The notes under the pieces are model-generated. The model saw nothing but the letters and a program-made list of their open reading frames with translations, had not been told where the DNA came from and did not search any database. The position numbers were made by a program, and so were the translations under genes. A stretch of DNA of 64,000 nt, taken from the IMG/VR virus record IMGVR_UViG_3300028591_000006, positions 64,001 to 128,000 of that record. The stretch is one strand, 5' to 3'. This document shows positions 17,322-26,980 of the stretch, in pieces (within the stretch, counting starts at the first letter, position 1; each line of letters begins with the position of its first letter). Source of the DNA: a virus. Its lineage: Duplodnaviria; Heunggongvirae; Uroviricota; Caudoviricetes.

Positions 17322-18416
17322 TTATTTCTTCAACATACCTCGAACAAAGTTTTCCCCTGGACATTCTTTAGAACGAACATTCTTCTCACCATTATTCCAA
17401 TACAATAAACCCTTACTATCTTTAGGATGAAATTGTCCTTTCACAAAATTTTCCCCTGGACAATTAACAGCAAAAATATTTATTTCTCCATTTGTCCATC
17501 GCTCACCTTTCAAATCTGGAAATGTCCTGCCATATCTAAATCCTTTAGGACATATTGCTACAAGTATGTCTGATTTTCCATTTGTATACCAATGTTTATG
17601 AGTATGCTCATTTTCGCCTAATCTTCCACGAGTGAATCCATCAGGAGCTTCCTTAGCATGAATTTCAATCTCACCATTATTCCAGTAATACAATCCTGTA
17701 TTAACATCTCTTAATCTTTGCTTAATAGCATCACCTTTCTCACCTTCATACATCTTGCGTTTAATTTCAATTTGCTGTTTCTTTTGTTCTTCGGTCATAG
17801 GCACACCTTTATTCCAAGGTGTATGACCCATTAATGTTTTAGAAATCTTTCGTTTAGTTTCTTCAGATTTTGGACCTTTATTTATACCTTTACAACGTTC
17901 CGACATTTTTCTTTTCTGTTCTTCGGTAAAATGTTTTCCTCTCCATCGGCTACCCATAGCATAACGTTGTTCAGGTGTATATTTCATACCTCTTGTACCA
18001 CTATGCAATGACATTAACTTCTTGGTTTCTTCTGTATGATGTCTTCCTAAGAATGTAGGTCCACCTTCTCCGCCATCAGTCATATTGTATCCATAACATC
18101 TATCGTTCGAATGGTACATCATAATAAAGAACTTTTCCCAATAATCGAAGTCATAAGTTTCCAAGATTACTTCTGCTGTAAAATTCTCATATCCATATTT
18201 ATGAATTGCATTCTTTAACAACGTACCTTCACCAACATTCGATAGTAAATGTCCTCTCTTAAATCTACTGACAATATTCCTAGACTGTCCGATATAGACT
18301 TTGTGATTTATGATGTTTTCAATTTTATAAACACCTGAAATAATAACATTCGGCATTTTCTTAATTTCAAGGATTGAAATGGAATTGGTTAAAATTCTAT
18401 AATTATTATTAGACAT
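17322..18416 (-). CDS. Free-standing GIY-YIG homing endonuclease with NUMOD3 and WxNG..CP repeats
   Basis: ISGVYKIENIINHKVYIGQS..; GYNMTDGGEG; HTEETKK/KSEETKRKIS repeats. Confidence 0.92.
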   Translation of the reverse strand: MSNNNYRILTNSISILEIKKMPNVIISGVYKIENIINHKVYIGQSRNIVSRFKRGHLLSNVGEGTLLKNAIHKYGYENFTAEVILETYDFDYWEKFFIMMYHSNDRCYGYNMTDGGEGGPTFLGRHHTEETKKLMSLHSGTRGMKYTPEQRYAMGSRWRGKHFTEEQKRKMSERCKGINKGPKSEETKRKISKTLMGHTPWNKGVPMTEEQKKQQIEIKRKMYEGEKGDAIKQRLRDVNTGLYYWNNGEIEIHAKEAPDGFTRGRLGENEHTHKHWYTNGKSDILVAICPKGFRYGRTFPDLKGERWTNGEINIFAVNCPGENFVKGQFHPKDSKGLLYWNNGEKNVRSKECPGENFVRGMLKK

Positions 18417-18630
18417 AGACGATACCTCTTTTATCGTTTGTGTTTAGAAAGCCGTAGATACTCGTAATATCTGCGGCTTTTGTTTATTATAAATCCTTTT
18501 ATTCAGTTAATCAATAGAACTACTCGAAAATGTTTTTATTATGATATAATCTCCACCCTATCCGTCTATACTCTTCGTAAATAGGTTTCCAAATCATCTC
18601 ACATTGTTTTCTCTCATATCCAGTCATATC

Positions 18631-19233
18631 CTACTCCATAGCCTGTTTAAGTTTATAAATTTCTTTATCATAATACTCAAGCATGGAATCAATCTTTGAT
18701 GAAACCATACTATCATAATTCTGTACACATTCAAGTATGTCGTAAATCATCTGAAGTCTTTCAAGAAGTAACGTCTGTGCAACCTGACCATTGGTATCGA
18801 ATGAACCATGCTCATCAACAAAATTCCAGTCACCCGGAAGAACATACATAGGAGAGATATCAGAATCATAGTTGATTGCTGTTTCAATCATATCATCATA
18901 ATAATCCTCGGTCTGCTCATAGAGTTCCTGGGCAAGTTCATGATAAGTATAGAATTCTGGTCCAGTACAAAGAAAATGAATTGTTCTCAAATCGAAAAAT
19001 AAAGCTGCAAGATACTGAGCACATTCAGACAAGGTATACAAAGGCTCAGGACTCTGATAATAACGTGATTCAATTACAGTTTCATAACCGGGAATGTGTT
19101 TCATAACTTCCTGTTTAGAACGATTACTGAAACCAGGAACCTTAGCAATCAGTTTGTTTGTCTGCCATGCTTCCCAGCCATTCTCACCTTTCTTGAGTAC
19201 CACATCTGATTTTAATTCTTTTCGTATTCTCAT
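18631..19233 (-). CDS. Ferritin/Dps-like four-helix protein with N-terminal extension
   Basis: DLRTIHFLCTGPEFYTYHELAQELYE....YYDDMIE fits Dps ferroxidase pattern; start at ATG 19233 just after late promoter. Confidence 0.6.
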   Translation of the reverse strand: MRIRKELKSDVVLKKGENGWEAWQTNKLIAKVPGFSNRSKQEVMKHIPGYETVIESRYYQSPEPLYTLSECAQYLAALFFDLRTIHFLCTGPEFYTYHELAQELYEQTEDYYDDMIETAINYDSDISPMYVLPGDWNFVDEHGSFDTNGQVAQTLLLERLQMIYDILECVQNYDSMVSSKIDSMLEYYDKEIYKLKQAME

Positions 19234-19249
19234 AAGAAAATATATAAAC

Positions 19250-19567
19250 CTAAACCACACCATTTTCCTTAAGGAATTTGTACATCTTCTGATTAAGGCT
19301 CTGCTGCTGAGAATCATCTATACCAATCTGTATGACAGTATCATTTCCATCAAGTTCGAGAATAACATCAGCTTCAGGACATTTCTCTTTCAGATATTCA
19401 GCAACCTTAAAACATACATATTCCCGCCAGCATGTAAATACAGTTCCGTCTATATCCACAGGTTCTTTACGGTCAAGTTTTAATGCCTCTATACACCCTC
19501 TGCTATGTTTCTTATAGATTGGATAAGATACTTCTATGATTTTCTCAACTAATACTTCAGTAGTCAT
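19250..19567 (-). CDS. Hypothetical protein
   Basis: 105-aa ORF. Confidence 0.6.
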   Translation of the reverse strand: MTTEVLVEKIIEVSYPIYKKHSRGCIEALKLDRKEPVDIDGTVFTCWREYVCFKVAEYLKEKCPEADVILELDGNDTVIQIGIDDSQQQSLNQKMYKFLKENGVV

Positions 19568-19619
19568 ACTTTTAATAATAGATAAGCATATAATCTCAGT
19601 ATCATGGCGTTATAAAAAC

Positions 19620-19649
19620 CTATATTATTCATATAGGGGTTTACACTTC
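19620..19649 (-). repeat. 30-bp element, exact inverted copy of 61456-61485
   Basis: Reverse complement GAAGTGTAAACCCCTATATGAATAATATAG matches base for base. Confidence 0.85.
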
Positions 19650-19716
19650 ACCTAGTTTTTATGATATCGTTTGAGAATATAAATATTTCTAATATTAAAT
19701 TATAAAGGAGCAATAT

Positions 19717-20121
19717 ATGGCTGAAGAGAAAATTTATGAATCTAAGAAGATACTTGAACAGATTATGGATACAACAAATCCGGATAATGTCGTTGATATT
19801 ATCAGAATTGTACTCAATACTTCTGATGACAGTAAAATGAAACTGTATGTTATCGGAGAAATCCTTACCAAAAATAAAAATGATGTAATCTATAAACTGA
19901 AAGGTGATGTAAACCATTTGCGTAAGAAGATTTCAAATCAGCGTCTTTATATCAATAAACTCAAGAAAGCACTTACCGGATGCCAGGCTAAACTTAGTCA
20001 GGCTAATGCTATCTCAGATAAAATTGACCGTGATGCTTATCGTAAGGCTTGCAATTCTTATGATAACAATTATAGTCCGAAGAAAAAGATTGTAGTAAGA
20101 AAAAAGCCTTATACGAAATAA
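19717..20121 (+). CDS. Hypothetical coiled-coil protein
   Basis: AAAGGAG SD; first gene of plus-strand block. Confidence 0.7.
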   Translation: MAEEKIYESKKILEQIMDTTNPDNVVDIIRIVLNTSDDSKMKLYVIGEILTKNKNDVIYKLKGDVNHLRKKISNQRLYINKLKKALTGCQAKLSQANAISDKIDRDAYRKACNSYDNNYSPKKKIVVRKKPYTK

Positions 20122-20145
20122 TAAAGATGATATTGGGAGCAAAAT

Positions 20146-21126
20146 ATGACACGTGGTGAATTGTGGGATAAACTGATTGAGTTTGCAATCAGCAATAAGT
20201 CATTTCCAAAAGCAGAAACGTTTGCCGCATACTGTAAAAATATTCCGGAAGACACGATTAAGAAAGTTTATCGTATGTGGATTCAGGAAGGTAAACTTGA
20301 ACGTAACGGTGATACTTTATGTTTTACTGACAAAAGTATACAATCTCAACTTATGGAAGATGAAATAAAGCGGGTGACTAAACCTGTTATGAGACAATCT
20401 GTTCGTAAGCGAATGGAACAACAGACTAATTTTATTTTGAAAATAATTAAGATTATCGCAATTATAATCGGTTCGGTATTAACAACAGTTTCGATTCATT
20501 TTACATTTGGTTTCAACAAGATGGGTATGGCAATCCTCTGGGGATTTTTACTCTCAGCCGCTGTCGTATGTTTTATGTCTTTTGCTTTTACAATCCGTTC
20601 ATATGTTACGAAAAAAATGACACGTGTTTTAATTGTTGTACTATGGGTCCTCGGAATTTCATATTCTGTATTCACAGCTGTTTCCGGACAGTTTAATGAT
20701 TTCCGTAAATACACAGCATCTGACAATTCCGTTCAGATTGAGAATAAGAATAAGATTTATGAAAAGCAGCTTAAGGCACTTGAAAAGAAACAGGAAGAAC
20801 TTCTGCACTGGCGAAAGAAAGAAGAAGAGTACACCCTTAATCCTGAACTTAAGGTTGAAAACAGAAATACATGGAAAGATATTCAGAGCGGTGTTGAAGA
20901 ATTGAAGAAAGTCGAAACCGATATTGTGAATATCCAGGACAAGCTGCTGAACAATATCGATACTGAAGTTGTTCTTGAAGAAACTGTATATAATTGGCTT
21001 GCGTCATTTCTTGGTGTAAGTGCAGATATTATTCAGTTTATAATCATTCTCTTTCCGGCATTGTTTATTGACCTTTGCTCTACAGTATGCTTTACATTTG
21101 CACTCGGCAAGGAAAACAATGTCTGA
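20146..21126 (+). CDS. Multi-pass membrane protein with coiled coil
   Basis: Three hydrophobic segments, long coiled coil, C-terminal TM. Confidence 0.7.
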   Translation: MTRGELWDKLIEFAISNKSFPKAETFAAYCKNIPEDTIKKVYRMWIQEGKLERNGDTLCFTDKSIQSQLMEDEIKRVTKPVMRQSVRKRMEQQTNFILKIIKIIAIIIGSVLTTVSIHFTFGFNKMGMAILWGFLLSAAVVCFMSFAFTIRSYVTKKMTRVLIVVLWVLGISYSVFTAVSGQFNDFRKYTASDNSVQIENKNKIYEKQLKALEKKQEELLHWRKKEEEYTLNPELKVENRNTWKDIQSGVEELKKVETDIVNIQDKLLNNIDTEVVLEETVYNWLASFLGVSADIIQFIIILFPALFIDLCSTVCFTFALGKENNV

Positions 21127-21236
21127 AACGCTCTAGGATTGATTTGGAGAGCCTTTATACCCTTTGGTAATGATATTTGTCGATTTCATTCAGAAAGGCT
21201 CTCAGAACGAAGATATAAGCGAATAGGAGTAAAATT

Positions 21237-21659
21237 ATGAATATTATTTTTAATAAAGGTAAACCCTATGAAGAAGTGTTTACTACAGAACAAATCGAAA
21301 GTATGACAAAAGACCAGTTGAAAGGTCTGAAACAAAGATGTACAGAATGTATTGCTGAGATTGCAAATAAAAGAAGTCATTATAAGAATGAAAATACAGA
21401 AGAAGCAAACAGTAAAGACTTCTGGACTAAGATGAATAAATATAAAGCTGCCATAACTATTCAGCAGAGATACATCAAATATCTTAGCGATGTTGAACGT
21501 GCAAAAGAACCGAAACCTGACCAGAAAGATAATGAACATTGGCTTTGGTGCTATTATCAGGAAAGCCTTAAAATGCTTACTGAAGATATGGTAGAACAGA
21601 TTAAGGAAATGGCAGATAATAGGGCTGAATTCCATATTGAGTTTGAAAGATTTGACTAG
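21237..21659 (+). CDS. Hypothetical protein
   Basis: 140-aa ORF with SD. Confidence 0.65.
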   Translation: MNIIFNKGKPYEEVFTTEQIESMTKDQLKGLKQRCTECIAEIANKRSHYKNENTEEANSKDFWTKMNKYKAAITIQQRYIKYLSDVERAKEPKPDQKDNEHWLWCYYQESLKMLTEDMVEQIKEMADNRAEFHIEFERFD

Positions 21660-21672
21660 GAGGAATTAATAA

Positions 21673-22137
21673 ATGAAAGAACCAACAGAAAGAAGAAAAC
21701 ATTTTGAGTTGTTTTATAAAAATCTCAAAGAATCAAAAGACTTTGAAAAATTGTCTGTCCGTGAACTTATGTGGAGAAGTTATAATCAGGCTTGTGCAGA
21801 CTGTGGACAGGATTGTTCTGAGATAAGTATTGAAGAAACACAGAAGATTATCGAAGACCAGATATTCTTTGATTTCATTTCTGACTGTTTATTGCATCCA
21901 GACAAGTCTAAACCTGTGCAGTCAAATGATTATGTAAAGGTTACATATTGTGAACCAAATAAGTGTGTAGGATTTCCTGACAGAATGGATGAAATGGATT
22001 GTGAACATTGTGAACGTACGAGAATTATTAATCTTTCAAAACTCTGTGGCGTTGAATCTGACGAAAAACTTAACGATAAGATTCTTACAGCAGATGAAGT
22101 AAGGGAACTTTCGAAGGCAATTGCTAAGGAGATATAA
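21673..22137 (+). CDS. Hypothetical Cys-containing protein
   Basis: GGAGG SD; CxxC pairs. Confidence 0.65.
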   Translation: MKEPTERRKHFELFYKNLKESKDFEKLSVRELMWRSYNQACADCGQDCSEISIEETQKIIEDQIFFDFISDCLLHPDKSKPVQSNDYVKVTYCEPNKCVGFPDRMDEMDCEHCERTRIINLSKLCGVESDEKLNDKILTADEVRELSKAIAKEI

Positions 22138-22140
22138 ATC

Positions 22141-22356
22141 ATGTTGTGTTATTTTATAGTATCGTTTATTGTATTTATAGTTAGTTTCTGGTTTGGTGCT
22201 CAATATGGTATTGATAGTTGTTCGAACGATATTGAGAACACTACAATTCTCAAATATATCAAGCGTGATATTCTTAGAAATAGCAATATGTCAGATGAGG
22301 CCAAATTACATTATCTTGATGTATTAACCGCACAATTAAAATCTATCAATGTGTAA
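22141..22356 (+). CDS. Small membrane protein
   Basis: N-terminal TM; AAGGAG SD. Confidence 0.55.
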   Translation: MLCYFIVSFIVFIVSFWFGAQYGIDSCSNDIENTTILKYIKRDILRNSNMSDEAKLHYLDVLTAQLKSINV

Positions 22357-22358
22357 TT

Positions 22359-23315
22359 ATGGCAATTAACTTTAAGAAATTATTTGACGACGCACACATA
22401 AAGACACGTGATGACCCTTACCGTCACTGGACTCATATATGTTGTCCTTTCTGTAAGAATCCGCCAGATACTCACTTCAATGGTGGTTTCTTTTCGTTAC
22501 AGCCGAGATATAACTGTTTCCGCTGCGGTTCACATTCTTATTATGACGCTGTATCACTTGCCCTCAACATTTCAATTTCTGAAACGTCAAAACTTTTTAA
22601 GAGTTATGATTATATTCCGAAAGAACCTGTTGAGAAGAAAGTTGCTAAGGCTGAACATCTTGATTTACCTGGATATCACCTTGATGAAAATGAAAAGGAA
22701 TATCTGCGTGGTCGTGGATTTAATGTAGAGTATCTGCAATCAAAATTTCATATCCGTGGTGGTGGAATTGCCGGTGACTGGGCATACCGTATTCTCATTC
22801 CGATTTATTACAATCACGTTCTTGTATCATGGACAGGTCGAAGTATCCTTCCGAAAGAAACGATTAAAGAACTTGAAATTCCACGTTATAAGAACCTGAG
22901 CATTGAACAGTCTGTAATAAACAGTAAGGAGATTTTCTTTAATCTCGATAACTGTAATCGTAAGGAAGTTATTCTTGTAGAAGGTCCTATGGATGTGCTT
23001 AAGATAGGTGATAACTGCGTGTGCAGCTTAGGAACTTCAGTAACACGGGAACAGGAATTATTTCTTAAGAACAGATTTGAAAAGGTATTTATTGCTTTTG
23101 ATAATGAACCGGATGCTCAGCGTAAGGCACGACATCTTGGTATGAATCTCAGCTCAGCCGGAATGAAAGTCGAAGTTGTAAATATCTGTGAAGATTATTA
23201 TAAAATGCAATTTGATGAAGAAATCGGAATGTGGATTCTTGTTCAGAAAAATGACCCAGGTGAACTCACTGAAGAAGAAGTAAGACAGATTAAAAAAGAA
23301 TTAGAATTTTTATAA
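22359..23315 (+). CDS. dnaG: DNA primase (Zn finger plus TOPRIM)
   Basis: CPFC..C..C zinc ribbon; YL.GRG; ILVEGPMDVL, FIAFDNEPDA TOPRIM motifs. Confidence 0.9.
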   Translation: MAINFKKLFDDAHIKTRDDPYRHWTHICCPFCKNPPDTHFNGGFFSLQPRYNCFRCGSHSYYDAVSLALNISISETSKLFKSYDYIPKEPVEKKVAKAEHLDLPGYHLDENEKEYLRGRGFNVEYLQSKFHIRGGGIAGDWAYRILIPIYYNHVLVSWTGRSILPKETIKELEIPRYKNLSIEQSVINSKEIFFNLDNCNRKEVILVEGPMDVLKIGDNCVCSLGTSVTREQELFLKNRFEKVFIAFDNEPDAQRKARHLGMNLSSAGMKVEVVNICEDYYKMQFDEEIGMWILVQKNDPGELTEEEVRQIKKELEFL

Positions 23316-23331
23316 ATTTTTTACTTTTTTC

Positions 23332-23382
23332 TTGACAAAGGTTATGCAACGTAGTATATTTATTACAGATAGTAAAACTATC
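23332..23382 (+). promoter_or_regulatory. Early sigma70-like promoter, class A
   Basis: TTGACA-17-TATATT plus 29-bp conserved block, GATAG-TAAAA-CTATC leader hairpin. Confidence 0.8.
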
Positions 23383-23393
23383 GAGGAGTTTAT

Positions 23394-24050
23394 ATGAAAC
23401 AAATTAAAATCTTGTTCGCAATGCTTATGATTGCTATGTTGGCTGCTTGCAGTAACCCTAATATGCCAAGTGTTGAGTCTGAACCACAGACACCTGTTCA
23501 GCAGAAACCTTCAGATACCCCTAGTGATACACCTTCAGATGTACCTAGTGATGTACCACCTGCTGAAGAAGAGCCTTCTGATACACCTACAGAAGAAACA
23601 CCTATTAATCCTTGGATTCTTGTTGTAAAGGATAGTTCTGCTGGTACAAGAGGAAATGCTGGTACTGATTTTGTTTATATTGACGAAACAGTTGCAAATC
23701 CTTTTGCCGCTCTTGTCAGTGCCGGAACAATTCAACTTGAATTTGTTGGAAAGCGTGAATTAAAAACATCTTCGAATATGTGGTATGGAACTTCTGCTAC
23801 TGATAAGATTAGTGTTGTCAATCGGTACAAAGTTTATATTCACAAAGACGCTGTTAATTCAGAATATTTCCTTGAAGATAGTTCTTTGAAGTATTATCTG
23901 ACTACTTCTAATAACAATTATGCTTTTCGTTACAGAATTGTTAAAGAAAACGATGTTTGGAAAATGTCAGTTGTTCATCATAATTCTTTAGGTGCAAACG
24001 ATATGCCGTTGTATATCGTAAAGAACAGTTACTCTGTAAAGAATAACTAA
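23394..24050 (+). CDS. Early lipoprotein with PSD[TV] low-complexity linker
   Basis: Signal peptide with lipobox LAAC; own early promoter and terminator. Confidence 0.8.
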   Translation: MKQIKILFAMLMIAMLAACSNPNMPSVESEPQTPVQQKPSDTPSDTPSDVPSDVPPAEEEPSDTPTEETPINPWILVVKDSSAGTRGNAGTDFVYIDETVANPFAALVSAGTIQLEFVGKRELKTSSNMWYGTSATDKISVVNRYKVYIHKDAVNSEYFLEDSSLKYYLTTSNNNYAFRYRIVKENDVWKMSVVHHNSLGANDMPLYIVKNSYSVKNN

Positions 24051-24053
24051 AGC

Positions 24054-24081
24054 AAAGAGCCACCCTTTTGGGTGGCTCTTT
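24054..24081. terminator. Bidirectional intrinsic terminator
   Basis: AAAGAGCCACCC-TTTT-GGGTGGCTCTTT between convergent genes. Confidence 0.85.
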
Positions 24082-24084
24082 TAT

Positions 24085-24348
24085 TTAGTGATGACTTCTT
24101 GGTATTTTCACATCAAGATGTAGGAAATAATATTTTGATGTAGTTTGCGTAAGAACTTTCTTTGGTACAAACTGAATATTTTTCAAGAGAGTTGTTTCAT
24201 AATAAATCTTAAATCGCTTTGTAATTTCTTCAAACAATTCTTCAGTCATTACGATACCGCAATCCAAAAGATAATTTCGATATACTGGCTTAGAAGTTTC
24301 TTCAGTAACTCTCTCACCATTTCCAATCATAAATGCATCATTCCACAT
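24085..24348 (-). CDS. Small hypothetical protein at end of tail operon
   Basis: 87-aa ORF abutting upstream gene. Confidence 0.5.
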   Translation of the reverse strand: MWNDAFMIGNGERVTEETSKPVYRNYLLDCGIVMTEELFEEITKRFKIYYETTLLKNIQFVPKKVLTQTTSKYYFLHLDVKIPRSHH

Positions 24349-24349
24349 A

Positions 24350-25888
24350 TTACTGTCCTATTTGAGTCAAACAAACAATAACACCATTTGAAGCACTTAC
24401 TTTTTTAGTAGTTGAATCAAATGTAAAAACATGATTGCTATCATTTATTGTATTATGAATATATGATTTTCCATTAGAGAACTGACCAATAAAACTATCC
24501 ATTGTTGCCCCACCAGTAATGCTATATCCAACTACGATATAAATACCATCAAGACCATCGGATGTCCATGCTGAACTATCATCTGTTATGAACTTAGTTT
24601 CTAAATCAACAACCTTACCGTTTAATGCTTCAAGCTCTGTTCTAAGATTCTTAATTTCTTCAACATCAATTGTTGTACCAAGTTCATCAAAGAAACCTGT
24701 TCCACTTTCTGGTATAATCCATGCGATATTTGTTCCTTTAGTGTATAATTTACCGTTAATTGTAAGTGAATCACCTGTTGGATAAATATTGAATACCTGT
24801 CCGTTTTTCAAGTCATCAAGTGCTACTACAACATCGTTATCTATTGTGATTTCAGTAGTTGTATCAGGGTCATCTACAGCAAGAATATTACCGCTGTATT
24901 TATAGACGCTAGATACTTCACCTTCAAGATTTGTAACCCTCTGTTTGAGACCTGGGTTTACTGCTGTTCCATCACCATCAAGAGTCTCATTAATAGTTGC
25001 TATTGCATCTGCATTATCGGCAACATCCTTTACAAGACCGTTTGTATCATCACCTACAGTTGTCTGTAATGCTGACACATCATCTTTGATATCTGCAATA
25101 TCAAGGAATAAACCTGTCGGTTCTACATCCGGGTCGCTGCCTGGAGTACCTACTTTGGTTTCCAGAGATGTTGTTCTATCAACAAGACCTGTTGTAGGTG
25201 TATCTACAGTTGTCTGTAATGCTGACACATCATCTTTGATATCTGCAATATCATGGAACAATCCTGTTGCAGGTTCAGGTGAAACTGCTGGTTCTCCAAC
25301 CTTATTTTCAAGACTTGTTGTTCTGTCAACAAGACCTGTTGTAGGTGTATCTACAGTTGTTTCGAGACTTTCAATTCGTTCAGTAAGTGTAGAACCGCCG
25401 CCGCCCTGACCGATTTCAGCTTCGAGATTTGCAATGTCCGATTCATTTTCTTTCACCCTATCAAGAAGACCATCATAATGTTTTGCAGGGTCTTCAGAAT
25501 TATCATCCCACCCATCCTTAACATATCCTTCAAGAGTATTTATTTTACTTGCAAGCGAAACAACTCCCGGAGCAGGCGAAGTAGTTACCCCAGCCTGGTC
25601 AGCAACAGCTTGAATACGTGTTACAACATCATACATTCCTGGAGGCAACGGTACTATACCATCATATTTGTAATTATATTCCAGAGGGTCGATTCCAACG
25701 AATCTTGCAACATTATCTACGGCATAAGCATTAAATTTGAAATAATTTTTCCAGTCAGCAATAGATAATGTTTTAATTCCGGCATTATCTGTTGCCATCT
25801 GATAAACGAGAACACGAAAATAGCGTTCTGTCTCATCTGTAATTGCACCGATTGGTATATCTGATGGTTCTTGAATCTCTGTAGCCAT
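24350..25888 (-). CDS. Fibre/fibritin-like segmented coiled-coil protein
   Basis: Heptad segments with GL motifs; internal repeats; start behind AAGGAG at 25888. Confidence 0.7.
   Translation of the reverse strand: MATEIQEPSDIPIGAITDETERYFRVLVYQMATDNAGIKTLSIADWKNYFKFNAYAVDNVARFVGIDPLEYNYKYDGIVPLPPGMYDVVTRIQAVADQAGVTTSPAPGVVSLASKINTLEGYVKDGWDDNSEDPAKHYDGLLDRVKENESDIANLEAEIGQGGGGSTLTERIESLETTVDTPTTGLVDRTTSLENKVGEPAVSPEPATGLFHDIADIKDDVSALQTTVDTPTTGLVDRTTSLETKVGTPGSDPDVEPTGLFLDIADIKDDVSALQTTVGDDTNGLVKDVADNADAIATINETLDGDGTAVNPGLKQRVTNLEGEVSSVYKYSGNILAVDDPDTTTEITIDNDVVVALDDLKNGQVFNIYPTGDSLTINGKLYTKGTNIAWIIPESGTGFFDELGTTIDVEEIKNLRTELEALNGKVVDLETKFITDDSSAWTSDGLDGIYIVVGYSITGGATMDSFIGQFSNGKSYIHNTINDSNHVFTFDSTTKKVSASNGVIVCLTQIGQ
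25054..25360. repeat. Intragenic direct repeats (50 bp x2, 35 bp x2; about 150-bp period)
   Basis: 25054-25103 = 25204-25253; 25179-25213 = 25326-25360. Confidence 0.85.
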
Positions 25889-25890
25889 AA

Positions 25891-26979
25891 TTATCTCCTT
25901 ATAGTTTCTCGTGTATAGAACATAGCACCTACGGTACATATGCCATTTTCAATTTGCATTGCAAGACATGGACCGTCCGGGTCATTGTCATATAACCTTA
26001 ACATTATAGGAATATATTTCTCATAATGCTGATTATTAGGTTCATAAATCTTTTCCTGAATATATGTCTTCTCAGCAGTATTAGACAAAATATCTATCTC
26101 TGACCATATGAGTTCTTTATTATCAACGATTGAAGACTGACATTTAAGGTCATAAGAGAACATAATGAAACCATCACCAATAACAACAGAACGCTCTTCT
26201 TCGATATTTCGTTCTGTTTTTGTCTTAAGGTCTTTCATACGAACTTCACGATAAAGTTCTACAATCTCATTATCAGTAAACCCATCAAGAATTTCCATTG
26301 ATACAGGGTCGCCAAATGGACAGCTGAAATTGGTGTAATCACGGTCTATTCCAGTGGAATATATTTCTGTATCTGTGCCGCTTAGATAACAGTATGGTAC
26401 ATAAAATATGAGAACTTCAACACGTGCTGGTTTTGTAAGAGTAATGATATAGTCGAACTCATTCATCATCTTGAGCATTTCATCAAGAGTCTGATATTCA
26501 CTTCCACCACCATCTTCTGCCGGTTCTTCGATAAAATAATTTTGAAAACCAATCTGAATGAGACCTTCAGACATATCCGTAAATACACCGGAGTCTGTAT
26601 ACTTTAACGGAATCTCATCTGTATTTTTTGTGGCATCAGTATAAAGGTCAGAACCATGATACTCAAGTACCTTTCCAGTAAACATCGAAGAAGATATAAG
26701 TTGAAATAAACGGATGTCTTTTTTTAACATTGAATATGCAATAATTGAACGATAAGGTTCTTTATTGATGTTTCGTGCATTACGATTAAACGAGTTGAAA
26801 ATAATAAAAGAATCCCCATTCCGCATTTCATCTTTGAGAATCTCATACAAATCCTGTAGGTCTGAGGAATTCATTAAAGCATCTATAAAAGAGTAAACAT
26901 ATTTCTCTTCTATAGGAAATTTAGGAGAAGTATTTCTTTTCGCATATTGCTGTATTTCAGATTTGCTGATAAGTTCCAT
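25891..26979 (-). CDS. Putative baseplate wedge protein
   Basis: Position directly after gp6-like gene; no motif recognised. Confidence 0.45.
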   Translation of the reverse strand: MELISKSEIQQYAKRNTSPKFPIEEKYVYSFIDALMNSSDLQDLYEILKDEMRNGDSFIIFNSFNRNARNINKEPYRSIIAYSMLKKDIRLFQLISSSMFTGKVLEYHGSDLYTDATKNTDEIPLKYTDSGVFTDMSEGLIQIGFQNYFIEEPAEDGGGSEYQTLDEMLKMMNEFDYIITLTKPARVEVLIFYVPYCYLSGTDTEIYSTGIDRDYTNFSCPFGDPVSMEILDGFTDNEIVELYREVRMKDLKTKTERNIEEERSVVIGDGFIMFSYDLKCQSSIVDNKELIWSEIDILSNTAEKTYIQEKIYEPNNQHYEKYIPIMLRLYDNDPDGPCLAMQIENGICTVGAMFYTRETIRR

Positions 26980-26980
26980 T

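Noticed and set aside
3599-18416. Group I introns around the homing endonucleases
   Set aside because: Flanking capsid and protease genes are complete, with no split exons or intron-sized structured flanks; the endonucleases look free-standing
25054-25360. Direct repeats as a CRISPR array
   Set aside because: They are in-frame coding duplications without unique spacers, and no cas genes are present
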